A stretch of 63,995 nt of DNA, filler included, from Sanchytrium tribonematis (Eukaryota), in NCBI GenBank assembly GCA_018985235.1. It is 8 parts of 8 records of this genome, joined end to end, with 100 filler letters (N's around TTAATTAATTAA, not from the genome) between each part and the next. Parts side by side here need not be neighbours in the genome. Positions count along the whole stretch, not along the records: positions 5,450 to 32,037 come from JADGIG010000060.1; positions 32,138 to 37,475 come from JADGIG010000618.1; 6 more parts are not named here. One strand, given 5' to 3'. Shown here piece by piece: positions 23,220 to 37,575 of the stretch. Under the pieces are notes generated by a model that saw nothing but the letters and a program-made list of their open reading frames with translations, was not told the origin of the DNA and did not search any database. Each line of letters begins with the position of its first letter. Position 1 is the stretch's first letter. The position numbers and the translations under genes were made by a program.

Positions 23220-24357
23220 TCACACGTGCATCACGGGTAGGATCAATAGCCCTCTGCACTGCCCCTCTATTTCCTTGATTCCCTGGGGGATGTGTCTGTC
23301 TAAGATGGATTTGATTGTGCAGTCATCTGATTTCAAAGTGACGTATACTGGTTCTATCTTTGCTTTGTAATTCACTGGGTCCCAATATTTGATTTTCAAC
23401 AAGAAATCTCTCGGTAGAGTAACTGGACTGATGGTTGGCAATGGTGTGTAGTAGTCTGATACTATGGCTGGTGATGCTGTTGGTTCAATAACCATGGATT
23501 TTGTGGACTGGATAAGATTTTTGTGTAATTCGTGTCTTGCTGCTAAAAAGGCAGTTTTAAATGCTCTGATACCAAATGGCATACATGTATGTATCATATG
23601 ATCACATTACTGATGGCTACTGACTCTGGATGCCAAGTAAGAAGAGGAATGATAATTCGGGTCATTTCCGGATTTGATCTTGTGAAGTTGCTGGAGTACA
23701 CCATTAGATTGAAATAGATCAGCTGCATGTTCATATACAATCTGTATCATTTCTCGTTGACTGAGGAGATCAAATTGGGCCAATTTTAGCGTATTTAATA
23801 ATCTTTCATTATTCTTCTCAGAATCCATCTGTAAAACGATGAGAAAATATCCTTGTTTGCTGGCTTTGTGTTGAACTAGCTGCTTGTATGGAACTACTAC
23901 TCGACTACTAGGATCCTGGGACTTGATCAAATCCTTCAAATTTTGATCCCAAAGTATCACGGAGTAAAAACGTCTTAAAATTGAATTGTTTCTGGTGTTT
24001 ATAGTTCATAATTCAGACAATGAGACCAGGATCAGTAATTTCTCTCCAGTTATCAGGCAAATATGGCAATTTCAAGGAAAAATCAATAATTTTTTCAAAT
24101 TCAAAATGCTCTGCTTCTACTGCGTATCGATGAAATCCATATAGAGAGGGTAGCAACACCGCTGGTTTAAGTTCTAGGGAGTTAAGAATGTCCTCTAATA
24201 TCATAATTCTTTTAATAGCTGGCCCCTGGCAATATTGGCGATATTTATCATCAATTTTTCTCTGAAATGGAGTGATACATTGTCTCAAGATCACATCAAG
24301 CATTTTAGGCACATTAAATAAGTTAATAACCTTGCAAATTTGTCTCCATTCAGTCAA
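23220..24357 (-). pseudogene. Broken leader (ORF1-like) region of the same LINE family
   Basis: LPRDFLLKIKYWDPVNYKAKIEPVYVTLKSDDCTI resembles LPKKYNFNISFVNPDTYDVVYEPVRVIITDKNATI of 62950-63978. Confidence 0.55.
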
Positions 24358-24632
24358 GTAATCTTTCTACTATGTAATCACTGCGCAATCATGTAAGACA
24401 AGCATCTTATCAATCAACCTCTAGCCATAAATCATCACCAGATTCTGCAATTACCAACATAAACCAGTCTCATTTGGAAGATAGATTTCGGTCATTTATT
24501 TGATCTTTTTGATATGTGTATTACTATTCAGTCTCTATTTTTCAAATCAGCCAAACTGAATCATTTTTTAAGAGCTGCTCAAAGTGAATGTAATGAAGCA
24601 TTTCTGAAAATCCAATCATTTAGCGATACAAG

Positions 24633-25090
24633 ATGGAATCATTCTTCGGCAACAATTATTCAAATGATAATATTGAAGACAACACCTTCATAGTTGCTTG
24701 TGATGCTCATATTTCTACTAATAAAATTGGCATTGGATTAGTTGTTAAAAATGAGGCAAATCAAATTATAAATGAATTGGGCTTTCCAATAGTAGTAAAT
24801 ACAGATAATAAACCAACATCCACCGAAGTGGAGCTACTTGGAATTAAGAAATCACTGGATTATTTAGTTCAAAATGAAATTAAAAATGGATTAATTATTT
24901 GCGACAATATTGGAGCTGTGAATATATTTAACTACTTATAAGAAAAAGAAAAAGATCTCAGTAAACGCTCACTTGGTTATCACTTAAATTATTTACAAAA
25001 TTATAATATTCCGGACATTTCAGTAAAATGGGTCAAATTCTAGAATGGAAATGCAATGAATGAAAGAGCAGATTAATTAGCAAAACATGC
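24633..25090 (+). pseudogene. RNase H domain remnant (retroelement type)
   Basis: ACDA...GIG, STEVELLGI, ICDN and downstream VKWVK...GNAMNERAD*LAK with in-frame stops. Confidence 0.75.
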
Positions 25091-25253
25091 AGATAATAGA
25101 AATAGAATTTATATGCAATCTATTTCATATTCAAGGTTAAAGTTGAAAAATTATTTACACTTGATTGAAAAGAAAGTGAATCTTGATTTATAAGATTCAA
25201 CTCAAGGAGTTTTATTACATAATCGAATTAGAGCATTTCAGAATCATTTCAAT

Positions 25254-26540
25254 CTACATTGATTCATACAGGTATTTAAAATTGATTCTTGTCATTAGTA
25301 AATTAGTTTGTTGCTCATTCAAATTATTAATATTAATTTCATTATCAAACAAATAAATAATATTATTTAATCGTGGTTTAATAAAATTATTTGATTTAAA
25401 TGGTAATATTTGTGAATTTTGAGCACATACTTTACTTGTAGTTGAATGATGTCGGATAGCAATTGTGTTGGTGTGGTGATCAATTTGGCATTTCCCTCTG
25501 ATTAAAATATATTGAATATTTGCCTTTTTCACTTCTTCGACCTGATTCATTTCGCTTGCTGATCTCTTCATTGGGTTAACAAGTTGTGATTTTAATGCAT
25601 TTCCTGATTCTGTTCCTGATTCCGTTGGAGTTAATGCTGTCATTGAGGCATCCCCTGTTTCCAAACTGGCAATCAAAGAATCCATCACAAAATTGATATT
25701 TTCATTTACACTCAATAATTTGATATTATCATTAGCAGCACCAATAATACTATCCATGCATTTAAATGCACCATTTACGTATAAATCCATTAATACAGAA
25801 GCGAAATCCATATTATTCACTTTTGGGATTGTGAATAAATAATTGGCAGAATAAACCTGAAAAAATTGGTGTAAAGGGACTGGTAATTGATCTAGATGAT
25901 AATGATTCATCTTTTTATCATCTTTTAACATTTGCCATTTTAATTTGAAAATTATAATCATCCAGTTGAGAATCAAATTGGTTTTGCACCACTAAATCCT
26001 TTAAATAGGTTGAGAATGTATTTCTAATGATATCATTGTTAATGACAGATATTTATGTTGCAATTTTGAGATTTAATTTTTCGCAGCATTTTTAATATCA
26101 ATGGAATTTGCATTATTATATTGTGCAATAAAAAATTGATCAATGTATTGATGTAATTGAATCCATTTTACTTTGACATTTGATGGCTTGAATGTGTCAT
26201 CATAGTCTAAAAACTGTCTAAATTGATTTGAAAATTTAGACTCAATGATGAATTCATATTGAATATTTTTAACATTTTGAGGCAGTTTATGAGTTAATAT
26301 ACAAATAAATTTGACCGTTAGTCCCTGAATTCTTGGATATTGATCTTCACCATAGTAATCTTGAAATGCTAAATGGAAAAACTGGGCGATTGGGACACTT
26401 GCATACATTTCATCAATTATTTGATAGAATCCTGAGATTAAAATGGTTGTATAGATTGGTGGTGGTAGTTGGGTGTTGGTACTGGGTACGGGTGTACTGG
26501 GTTCGCTGAAAATTCGAAATTCGTCTTTTAGAGTTTGCAT
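25254..26540 (-). pseudogene. Unidentified broken ORFs, possibly TE-derived
   Basis: Two consecutive 155- and 240-aa minus-strand ORFs in a TE cluster; no recognisable motif. Confidence 0.3.
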
Positions 26541-26879
26541 TGGCGGTCTCCAGGCGTTTCATTCCCGCTAATGGATGTAAATCGCTACATAACAAAAAAA
26601 AGACGTAGATCGAACACCGCCATCAATTACAGAGGATTGGAAAATGAGATCTGGGTATTCTCATGATATATCTCAAAACTTGGACGGCGCAGATGAAGAA
26701 ATCGAAGAGATTCGTTTAATCACTGCGAGTGAAAATTCCGCCGCAAAATTTTTATTTTTGTATTACCATAATGATGTTGACGTATTACATAATTCTTTCC
26801 GACTTTTGCTTTATGATCAGTTTTTGGATCAACAGATGATTTTTTGACTGATAAACAAAGGGCACAACATTTGCAAGAT

Positions 26880-27213
26880 TATAATTCACTTAACAGCACA
26901 ATTTTGGGATGTGTCGTGTGGGGAATTGCGTTAACATTTGCTTAGATCATTTGAAATGGCAAGGTGATTCATTGTGCATCTTCTTTGCACATATGAAAAA
27001 TGACCAGTGTGGCACCAGACCTCAAGACACCCGTCATGTATATTCAAATCCACTTGTACAACAAAATTGCCCCATTTATGTTTGGGTATATATTTAATGT
27101 GTTTTCCAATTTCAAATAATCAAAATTATTTATTTCCAGGTGGTAGTCAATACAATAGATTTAAAAATGGGCTTGATAGAGAAGTCTTGCCAAATGGTGA
27201 TGGATGGACCTAA
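26880..27213 (+). mobile_element. Crypton-like tyrosine recombinase fragment, frameshifted
   Basis: MCRVGN...HLKWQGDSLCIFFAHMKNDQCG...RHVYSNP...CP / YLFPGGSQYNRF pattern of Crypton-type recombinases. Confidence 0.7.
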
Positions 27214-28659
27214 TCATGTCATCATCTTTTCCACACCAATGGAGCCCATAATTTGATGTTCAATATTCAATAAAACATTTCTTTTTTTCACTCACCTTTG
27301 AGATCATAATCTGGGTGATCACAAAATTCTTCTTTCTCTAAGGTTTCAATATTCCCAAAGTTGAGTGATTAGGCAAAGGGTTAAACGAAACGAATTTACA
27401 TTACTTATGGTAAGCTTTATCGCTGTTAATGGAAGACTAACTCAAGATCCCAAATCTAAAAAAAAATTAGCTGGGAGTTACACAAATTAGTATAATTAGT
27501 AACAATTACGATGTTAAAAAAATGCATTTTTCTTTTTTAACATCACTTTGTGGCCTGGAATAGTAGATGGCATGAAATAGCTATTAATAAAAGGATCTGC
27601 AGTGTTCATCACCAGAAAATATTATCAGCATCAATATGTCTTAAATTTTGATACGCGTTGGGACTGCATAATGGTTTTAATTCGTTTCTTTTTCACCTTT
27701 ACTTTCGAATCCAAGTCAATACCAATGTCCTCATTCATTTACTCAAATGCTTTTCCCATGAATTGAATAGATTGTTCGTTTTTTTAATTGTTTTTGCATT
27801 CTTTGCAATTGAGATCGAATTAACTTATCGAAGGGTTGCAATCTTAAAGTTTTGTTTGATGTTGCTTATTTTGAGAATATACCGTTTCATTTTCATAAAT
27901 TTGTATTTTTCCAATGAGTCGTACATTCATATTTGATACACTAACAGAAGTCCCAAAACTTCGAAGCAAGGAAACGTTTATATTTACGGTTAATCACTTC
28001 CATGGGAAATGGACTTACATCATATTGGTTATTCCATAATCTTGTGAGAATTGCTCCAATTGCTTGGAATGTTTCATTGATAGCTTCTGAAAGTCGATAA
28101 TCTACAGCATGTAGCATCCTCAATCAATATTTTGAATATACTTTTAAATTTTACATGTTCAAGTCCCCTTCAACCATCACAAAAGTGAGACAACACAATT
28201 CACCGTTGCTTACAAATAAGAAAAACCACAGCAGAAATGATACAATCAAATTAAGCAAGTAATTGCCCCTTCAAAAACTGAAACAAATAATAAAAATGAT
28301 CTACACTCAAAGCAACAGATCTTAAGAAGTTCCTAGATTTAGTTATGAAACTTAAAGTGAAAGAAATCCCTGGAGTAGTTGGTTACCATCGATTTGAATA
28401 ATTTGTCGATTTTAGGAAATGTTCAAATATATTTGATTTTACTCTTAAAATATCTCTGATCCCAGTAGAAAACAAATCTGTGACAAAATCAGATCCAAAT
28501 TCATTTTCCCTGTGTAATATTGAACAATTCTAATTTTAGATCGATTGAAGTCAAAAAGTAAGCAAGGAACATTTATATAGACTGTATTTAGAACTGTACA
28601 TCCCATAATGGAATGATAAATGTAAAATGGGGAGAAATTTGCCTGATGTCTTTCTTTTA

Positions 28660-29110
28660 TCGAATTTTACCTATTAAAAAAATGTGAAGGGCCAGATGAT
28701 GTGGCAAATGAATTAATGAAGCACTTTAGTGGGCGGTTTAAAAATGTTTTGCTTCGATTTTTTAATATTATTGCTGGGACGGGAATTGTGCCAGATATCT
28801 TTTGAAATTCTTCAACTATTGCAAAGGGTAGAAGTAACAATTTCCAGAACATCGTCTAATTGTAATTTGCTCGATTTTGATGAAACTTTTTGAAAAAATA
28901 TCAAAATCCAAATTAATGTCACTTCTTTAAACATCTGGTGATCAATCTGGATTTAAAAAAGCAACGAGTCTACTAGAAGCAGCGTAATATTTTGAGACCT
29001 GACTGCAGAAATTAAAGAATAAAACCGATGATTTAATAATTGTAAAGGGGTTATACGCTCTGCTTTTGATTCCTGTGATCATAGTGCTTTGCTGAAAATA
29101 TTTCACTCAA
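28660..29110 (+). mobile_element. Degenerate LINE RT fragment
   Basis: KCEGPDDVANELMK...GIVPDIF, DQSGFKKATS and SAFDSCDH in broken frames. Confidence 0.7.
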
Positions 29111-30789
29111 ATAATGGTAGTGGCTAAGTAAATCTATCAGATAATTATCTGGTTGCGTGTCATCATGCCCTATAACATGCAAAAATGAAGTATTTTCAAC
29201 ATATCACGGCATTCACTAATAATATCAAGCCCGTATATATTCCATTTTGGGATCAAATTGTCGTTATACTGATTAAATGATAAAACGGCACTTGTATTAT
29301 CGGAGAGCACGGTAATTGGATCATAATTTTGTGGCCATTTCTTTTTAATACACCTTAATACATCCAATTCCAAGTATCTCTGCACGAGTTGAGTCATCTG
29401 GCTTCAACTTAGTCAGATTATAGATTTTGTGAAATATTGTCATGTAAAGAAGCATCCAAAAATGCATGAATCGTGTTATCATCCATATTATTCTGATAAT
29501 TGGCAATAGTTTGAAACCATACTGTAGGGAAATCAATGCTGGAATGTTCAATCAATTTGGTACATTTTTAGAGAGACCCAAATGAAATATATTTAAACGA
29601 AATCCATTTAAATGAATAAATAAAGCGACTCCGACTCAGCAGACATTCCATAATGTAAACCATGTTATAAAAATGTATTTGTAGCCATTATTTTGATTAA
29701 TCTTCATTTGAATGAGCTGGATGTGGGTTGATTTATATGAATAAATAGTGCAGAACCATTATCTTCGACGTTTTCGTCAATGGATTATGGTTAAACTCTC
29801 GACGTGATCGTCAATGAGTTTTTGACAATTGTGGAAGCTAATTGGATAATTTAAATTTGTGTCCAATTTGAGTAAGTTTTGATTGGGTATCTTTTAATTT
29901 TAGTTTACCCGCTATTTTTTGGTAATGACACGTTCAAAAGAAACCCATAAAAGTAGCAATGCAATTAAAAACTTATCTTCCAAAGCTCCTAGTAAACATT
30001 ATTCCGGTAAATCTTTCAAAGAAGCACCATCAAACAATAATTTAAGATTGCAACCCATCGATAAATTAACTCGAACTCAATTGCGAAGAATGCAAAATGC
30101 ATTAAAGAAAAAGCAAGAGCAATCTTTTCAGATCATGTAAAAAGCATTTGAGAAAATAAATGAAGACGTTGGTATTGACTTGGATTCGGACGAAAAACAA
30201 GTTCTTACAGATGCGATTAAAGTAAAAAAGAAACGAATTAGAACCATTATGCAGTCACAACACGTCTCGAAAGTTGAGTTTACTTTGAAGAAGTGTCATG
30301 GAATGAAAATGACATCAAATGGTAGACTATCAGATCTAGACTTTTATTGTTTGGTTTCATGGAATGAAAAATTACTTCCTACCCCAGACTTCGTAAGATT
30401 GCAAGAGCAATCAAACCTCTTACAACAAATAACTATTTAATTTGACACTCGAAAACAAACAAAGAAATCCAATTAGATTTGATTCTTCATATAATTTATC
30501 AACTATAAACTGTTTTTATACTGTTATAAATCGTTAAAAAATGCCATTTGGATTGATAGATTATTGTTCTCAGGAGCTGTAACGCAGATTTTGATGTATC
30601 CACATTTGATTTATACAAATCTTCTGCCGTGTACTGTAGTCTGAATATTTGTAAAGGGATAGCACATAAAACGAGTAATCCGAATTTACTCAGGGGATTG
30701 TTTCATCTAAAATGGCTCATGTTCCACAAAACTCATTTTTATGGTCAAATTCTAATTGCAGAATGTGTTGCTGATTTAAAATTATAAAA

Positions 30790-31100
30790 GAGAAAATCAA
30801 TGGCAACAACCCCCTTGAGGTACACCTTACTTGTGTTTTATTGGAATATCGTTTTAAATATAAAGATTGAATCACAATCAAACATCTCTATGCATTTAAA
30901 TCCCATAGTTTAAAATTATTTTGAGTGATACAATTCCCATTTTCTCCATAAGATTTAAACAAAATGCAGCTGTGTCAATGTTCCACGACTAAATAATGTG
31001 ACATATGATTCTTGATGAATCCTTCATTAAGAAATTTGATTGAACTATTGCTAAGTGGTGATAGAGATGAAAGAATTAATTTATTTTTGTAATTTACTCC
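30790..31100 (-). mobile_element. Degenerate LINE RT remnant
   Basis: Minus-strand GVPQGG near 30810-30827; LSNSSIKFL resembles LPNTSIKFL of copy 1. Confidence 0.45.
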
Positions 31101-32486
31101 ATATCTTCCTTGATCTCTTCAGCCCTATACAGATTAAGCAGTATTTACTTGACCAGACCAGAGTTTCTTCAAATAATTGACTATTACTATAGCCATAACA
31201 GAATTTTTTGTCACGGGAATGCGTCTGTTTGAGGCGATCCTTTCAGCTGATTCAAATTGCATTGTCAGTATAAATTGGTAATTTATCACTCAAAACATGT
31301 TCTAAAGTAGCAATAGTGCTTGTGGACGTTACAAGGATAGTACGGCTGAACGCCTGACCACTAAAATTGCCAAAAACGATTAATCAGTATAAGATATAAA
31401 ATAATCAATCTTATCAATTACATCAAATTTAAACAATATGTTTTGAGCATTTTCACGTGCAACAATTTCTCATGAACTCTATGACATACATTGTCAAAAG
31501 CATTCCGGGTCTCGCCATATTTTACGATCGAAATTAAAATGAAAGATAGAAGAGAAAAAAGAAGGAAAAGATGTATAAGCATTTCAAATTTCCCATTAGA
31601 ACAACTGTGCAAAGGAAAGTTGTTGTCAATTAATTTTGTTACAAACAGATACATTGAACGTAGCAGGTAATGTGCATATTGTATGTGCTGTGTATCTGCT
31701 TTTCAAATTTTTATTAGTTATTCCAGGTAGTTGTCAGGACATCATTTTGCTGTAAATTTGTTAAAAAAAATTTCTTTGATAATTTAAGCTTATCGATATA
31801 AAAATTATTACAGGCTTCATTAGCTACAACTTCAAAACCATCCAATATACAACTATGTTACACACTATTGATCTACACTCAGATGAAACACCCCAACGAG
31901 ATGCTTCATGGAAATTCTGAAGATGCAAATCAAATGCGCGAGATTCTCTCTAGTAACGATAAACCTATCAAACAAAGATTAAGAAAGCCTAAAAGTAATA
32001 AATTTGAGCATATTATGGTAATGAATGAGTCCTTTGGNNNNNNNNNNNNNNNNNNNNNNNNNNNNNNNNNNNNNNNNNNNNTTAATTAATTAANNNNNNN
32101 NNNNNNNNNNNNNNNNNNNNNNNNNNNNNNNNNNNNNTTGTTGGATAATGGATAACAATTGTTTGCGCTTCATGGAGATTCTCCTATTACACAAGCAAAT
32201 TGACAATATGTCCACCCTTTCATAGTACCAATTGATAAGAAATAGATAGGTAAACAGCGCAATTTGTAGAATTTAGTCAATTGACAGGAGAACCTAGGAG
32301 ATTTTTAAGTTTTAGTCAATTCTACTAGTCTCTGTGCAACTTAATGCTTTTAAAGTATCGCACATTATATCATGAAATATAATCTCTAAAATGTTTTCAT
32401 TCATTCGTATTCAAGCACCAAAGAAACCTAAAAATCTGAAATTTATTTAAAACCAGGAGATTTGTTTCCCAAATGCCAACATCTTC

Positions 32487-33324
32487 TTGAATTCAATTAG
32501 AAATGAATCATCGGTAATATGCCACGATGATTCAACATTACACCATCGTGTGTACCCACCATCACGTACTTTCAATCTATTTCACAAAAAGCAAGCCACG
32601 TTTGTTTTAAAAATGGATTTCATTCAAGATCCCCAGATCTCTCCAGATGACTCGATCAAAAGATTAGAACAATGCTATGAACAAATAGGATTATCATTAC
32701 GTCCTAGATGGTTAGCATTGACTAAAAATGATCAATTAAAACTCTATTCCAGAGAAGAACCCATAGTTGAGCATATCCAACAATACACGTCTGAAATCAT
32801 CAATAAAGTACGCAAGAGACCCAACACGGTTATCGATGCACCACCAGAGATCACCATAACACCCACATCATCAAGCACTTCAACCACGAATCAACGTGCG
32901 TCTATTGACACCACCAGCAAAACGCGTAAAAGAACATCGTCAGCAAGTGATTCAGAAGACGGTGTAGAAGGTTTAAATGTCGTACAAGTCAAAAAGAATT
33001 GGTTAAAAGTATTTAAAGAGTCTAATGATTTAGAAGTCATTCATTCTCAAGAAATGAAAAAGTCACAATCCATTCCCCTCAGTGAATTCTCAATGGTATT
33101 TCTAATTTATATAGATTTCAGAAGCAACTAGTGATTCTAATGGCACTTTACAAGTAGATGAACAAAATTTGATTCAAATCATCAATTTAAATGAAAGTAT
33201 TAAGCATTATTGTGTTGGAGATTGCTTAGTTATCAAGAAAATAGATCAATTGATTAAGATTAAAGGGATAGATGTGCAAGATTGGGATGTAGAGATCTCA
33301 TTTGCTATTAAATCACAACAATAA
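32487..33324 (+). CDS. Hypothetical protein with Ser/Thr-rich linker, possibly PH-like; 19-nt intron at 33096-33114; start uncertain
   Basis: Splicing extends the ORF (SM|ISEATSDSNG...AIKSQQ*) to a stop overlapping AATAAA. Confidence 0.65.
33096..33114 (+). other. 19-nt spliceosomal intron
   Basis: gtatttctaatttatatag; removal opens about 70 more codons. Confidence 0.75.
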
Positions 33325-33493
33325 ACTCATACCATTCTCTTTGAATTAATTTAAGTATTAGTGAGTGTTTGAAAGACCTAAGTTACTCTAGAATGTCAAA
33401 GTAACAAACAGATCACTTATTCACGTGTCTCTCCTTTCACTAAAATGACGTCATTTATACTTTAAAATCGAAGATCCTCCCACATCTTTTAGA

Positions 33494-36400
33494 ATGGTCT
33501 ATGTCAAACTTTTAAAGGCTGAATTGCCATCTAATAATGAATTTACTCAACCATACATTGAAATTACATTTTGCAACGACACCCAAAAATCAGCCACATC
33601 TTCTGGAGAAAATCCTGAATGGGATAATGCAGAATTCATTTGGAGTAATAAGTCAGATACGCTCCTTATACGTCACAAAGATGTTAAATTGGGTAAAGAT
33701 ACTGTATTGACAAATTGTAATATTTTCGTCCCAAAACTCCCTAAAGTGGCTCATGGATGGTTTACACTGTTTAACGCGAATCAAGAAAAAGCTGGAGCTA
33801 TCCTGCTAATAATTGGTATCAAGGAAAGGCCAGATATGAACAAATTGCTAGCTGTTAGAGATTATTCATGCCAATTTGACTTGAAGCATACTGAAAATAA
33901 CCTATTTCAAGATAGCATCAAAAATATACTATTAAAAATCACTAATATATCAGATAATCACCATCAATCATTTTCCATTCTATCTCGTGAACCAGTCGAA
34001 AAGTTAGGATCCCTGGTTTACAAATTTATTAACTTATTCGATATTAATCTAAATCATGAACTTTTATTAAATACATATGGAAGAGTAACACCTGGAAGAG
34101 TCCCATTCATCATTGAAAATGGAATAATTACAAACCCAGAATTTGGACCAATTGATGAATCTGTGATGAATGAAGAATTAGGTGTATATCACTTTGCAAT
34201 GAGGCACACAAAAGACAAAGAAATTGGGTTTACTATAAAATGTGGAGAATTGGTGAAATTACCAGATTCAAGATTATTTAGCAGCAGTGAAGATGTAACC
34301 ATATTTACCGTTAGAATCACTAAAACGAAGAATTGGGTACGTGTATTGGCATCAAATAGAATCGATGGATACTCCATGAGTGACAAATACTATTTAAAAC
34401 GAGCAGAAATTTTAATTGTAGAATCTGGTAAATTTCATATATCCTCTAGTTCACACATAAAGAGGGTGGATTTCCAATTAACGTTACCAGATGGTAATAT
34501 GAACATGAAATTTGGTATTAATTACGGCATGGAGCAATCCGAATTGAAGTCTTTCAATTTAAGTGATAAGATCCCTTATGTAAAATACACATTTGATTTA
34601 TTGAGTCAAGATGAATACGATTCAGTTCATATGCCATCCGTAGTTGGAGTAGCAGATCGATTTAATGGATTTATCTCTAGTGCCTCTAGTTTCTTTTCAA
34701 TCCAAGGTAGTTTCCAGAATGCATCAGGTGGATCTGCAACATCTACTGGTGCTATTGGACCACCTGTTAATGGTGCAGCAATCATCGAATATCAGAAATC
34801 TCCAATAGATGATCTCTATCTTCTTTTTGACGGTGAAACCCCCTTGAGTTTAAATGGAATTGAAAAATGGCATATTTCTCAATTAAATGAGACACAAGTG
34901 ATTATTCACTACCATAATGAGATACTTGCATTGGAAAATGGCAAATTGGAAGTTCAAAAGTGGCAAGAATCATCAAGCCAACAAATTTGGAATATTTTAC
35001 GTGATTCTGATCATATCAGCAATGAAATACACTCATCTGATGGGGCAATTGACACTCTTTCAAAATATATTAAGAACAATTCAGACGAATCGCTTAAATC
35101 GATTAAATCAGCAACAGAAACATCTATTTCAATACTGAAAGTGGATGATCAAATTAAATGGTTGGAATCACTCATGAATGCTTTAGGTATCTCCACAGAA
35201 GAGATAGAATTGAATGAAATGAGTCCAATTCCGATTCAGTTTGGGAAACTAGGAAATGATCCAAGTAAGAAAACGCTACTTATTTATGGCCATTATAATG
35301 AATTAAATTCTATACTTAAATGGTTGGTAGCCATTAATGCACATATTAAATTTCAAGTGGAATTACCCATCAATTTATTATTCTGCTTCGATTGTTCGAG
35401 AAAAGACGAATCAATGAGTGAATCAATCATTACAGAGAGTCAAAAATACTTTGAATCTGCTGATTATGCGTATATTTGTGATGATATATGCTCAGATAAT
35501 GAATTAGAGTGCATTATTCCAATTATGAGTGAAAAAAAGCAATCAAAAAGCACTCGAATCCAATCTCTACTACGTAAAGTTGAAATCATCAGGTCACAAA
35601 TCTCCAATCCATCCACTCTTGCCATTCTTCAATATTTTGGCATTGGATTTCCACAAGATCATTTTGCAGCAATTCAAAGATTTGAAGCTTCTTTTGATTC
35701 TAATCAACTGGGACATGTATTCATTGGATATTCTTATCTTCATGGCCATGGTATCCAACAGAATGTTGATAAAGCATTGTTTCATCTCCAATTGGCATCC
35801 GATCAGAATATTCCTTCAGCTCATTATTATTTGGGTGATGTCCATCAATACATCAAGAATGACCTCCAAATGGCACTTGAATACTATCAGAAAGCAGCAG
35901 CATTGAATTATAGTGCAGCATTCTTTCAAATATCCAAATTAAAAGAGAATCATAAAAATCTAGAATATCTCCAATTGGGTGCTGATTATGGCAGTTCTAA
36001 ATGCAATTATAAATTAGCATATTTATTAGAATATGTCATGAATTGTTTCTTGAATATGGAAGCTGCTACTGAATATTACAAGGTATCTGCTTATTTGGGC
36101 TATTTTCCTGCTCAAATCAAACTAAATACTCTAAATATCACAATATCAACTGAAGTGGACGCACCTAATGTTCCAATTATTTACAAGTTTGATCAAACTG
36201 TTTCTGAGACGGTTCAAGTATCTGATACTATATCAGAATTAGAATCCGTAATTAAAAATATGAAACATATCAAAGTAGGGGGTGCCCCAATTCCAAGTTC
36301 TAAAAAATTACATGTTCAATTGATTGATGAAACAGATATTATGGATGAAATGGAAATCAGCAAGTCCGATTTACGCGGCGCTGGTGTCTATTTCAGGTTT

Positions 36401-37475
36401 TACTTGAGAAAGTGGCAAGGGAGAAATGTCGCTATTAAAAAATTTGAAAATATTCCCTTTAAAAATTCAAGGACAACCAGGTCTTTTTCTAATACTGCGT
36501 CGTTAAGGAGGCTTATTTTGAGTGAGATTATATCATTTCAAAATCTATCAAATGATCCAAATATATGTCAATTTTTTGGAGTCACATCCATTGATGGACA
36601 TTTAGGTGTCATTATGGAATATTTAGACAATTGCTCACTTCATACATGGCTTCATATAATGCCCAATGCTGATTTAAATCCAAAATCACTTACAAATCCA
36701 CAAATTAATAAAATTCAACTTGGGATTGCCAGTGGTTTGAAATACATGCACGACAATGAAATAGCCCATAATGATCTCAAACCAGCCAATATCATGCTAG
36801 ATCATCAATTTAATCCTAAATTAATTGATTTTGGAATGGTTGAAATTATTAATTCATCTTACAAATCAGTCCACAGCTCTAAAGAATTAAAATTAGGCAC
36901 AGCTAATTGGAGAGCCCCAGAATATTGGCAATTCAATCAACAATTTCATCAACATCAGAATCAATTTCCATTTGCAGGAGATGTTTTCTCCTTTGCAGTT
37001 ATTTTGGGAGAAATGGCAACTCGTCAAGTGCCATGGTCGGGTAACAGTAAAAGTAACATTGAAAAATCAATCCAATCAGGGAAGCGTCCATACACCAAAG
37101 ATCAAGTGAATCCCAAATTATTTGAAATTATGGAAATGGCTTGGCAACAACATCCAAAAGATCGACCCAATATATATTTAATCACTCAATTATTACATAA
37201 TTATATCCATCCATATGATATTTCATCTCCATTACCAATTGGGATTGAATTATTTAGATTATTCAAGAGATCCATTGAATTGGCAAATGTGGAATTATTT
37301 GAGAGATGTCTGCATGAATTAATCAAATACAATGACATAGATGATATAGAGCGGTATTTTACCCAAATTAAAGATCTAAGACCTAAATGGATTGAATTAA
37401 AGGCACAAATTACAAATCCATTCACAATTGCATTGCTGAATTATTTCAATATTGGCTATTTTCATTTCACTGACG
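33494..37475 (+). CDS. Mosaic protein: C2 domain, degenerate M20 dipeptidase (Dug1/CNDP2-like) fragment, SEL1 repeats, TKL-type kinase; 3' truncated
   Basis: C2-like N-terminus (PYIEI...ENPEW); LGNDPSKKTLLIYGHY and ELPINLLFCF; SEL1 (GYSYLHGHGIQQN, ALEYYQKAA); kinase VAIK, HNDLKPANIML, DFG, WRAPE. Confidence 0.85.
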
Positions 37476-37575
37476 NNNNNNNNNNNNNNNNNNNNNNNNN
37501 NNNNNNNNNNNNNNNNNNNTTAATTAATTAANNNNNNNNNNNNNNNNNNNNNNNNNNNNNNNNNNNNNNNNNNNN

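Noticed and set aside
29919..31654. Assorted short ORFs in the TE-decay region, and antisense ORFs overlapping real genes elsewhere
   Set aside because: No motifs; consistent with chance or shadow ORFs.
5450..32037. A 26.6-kb contig among about 5.3-kb contigs, suggesting a large inserted element
   Set aside because: More simply explained by contig ordering; content is a mixture of unrelated TE relics with no bounding repeats found.
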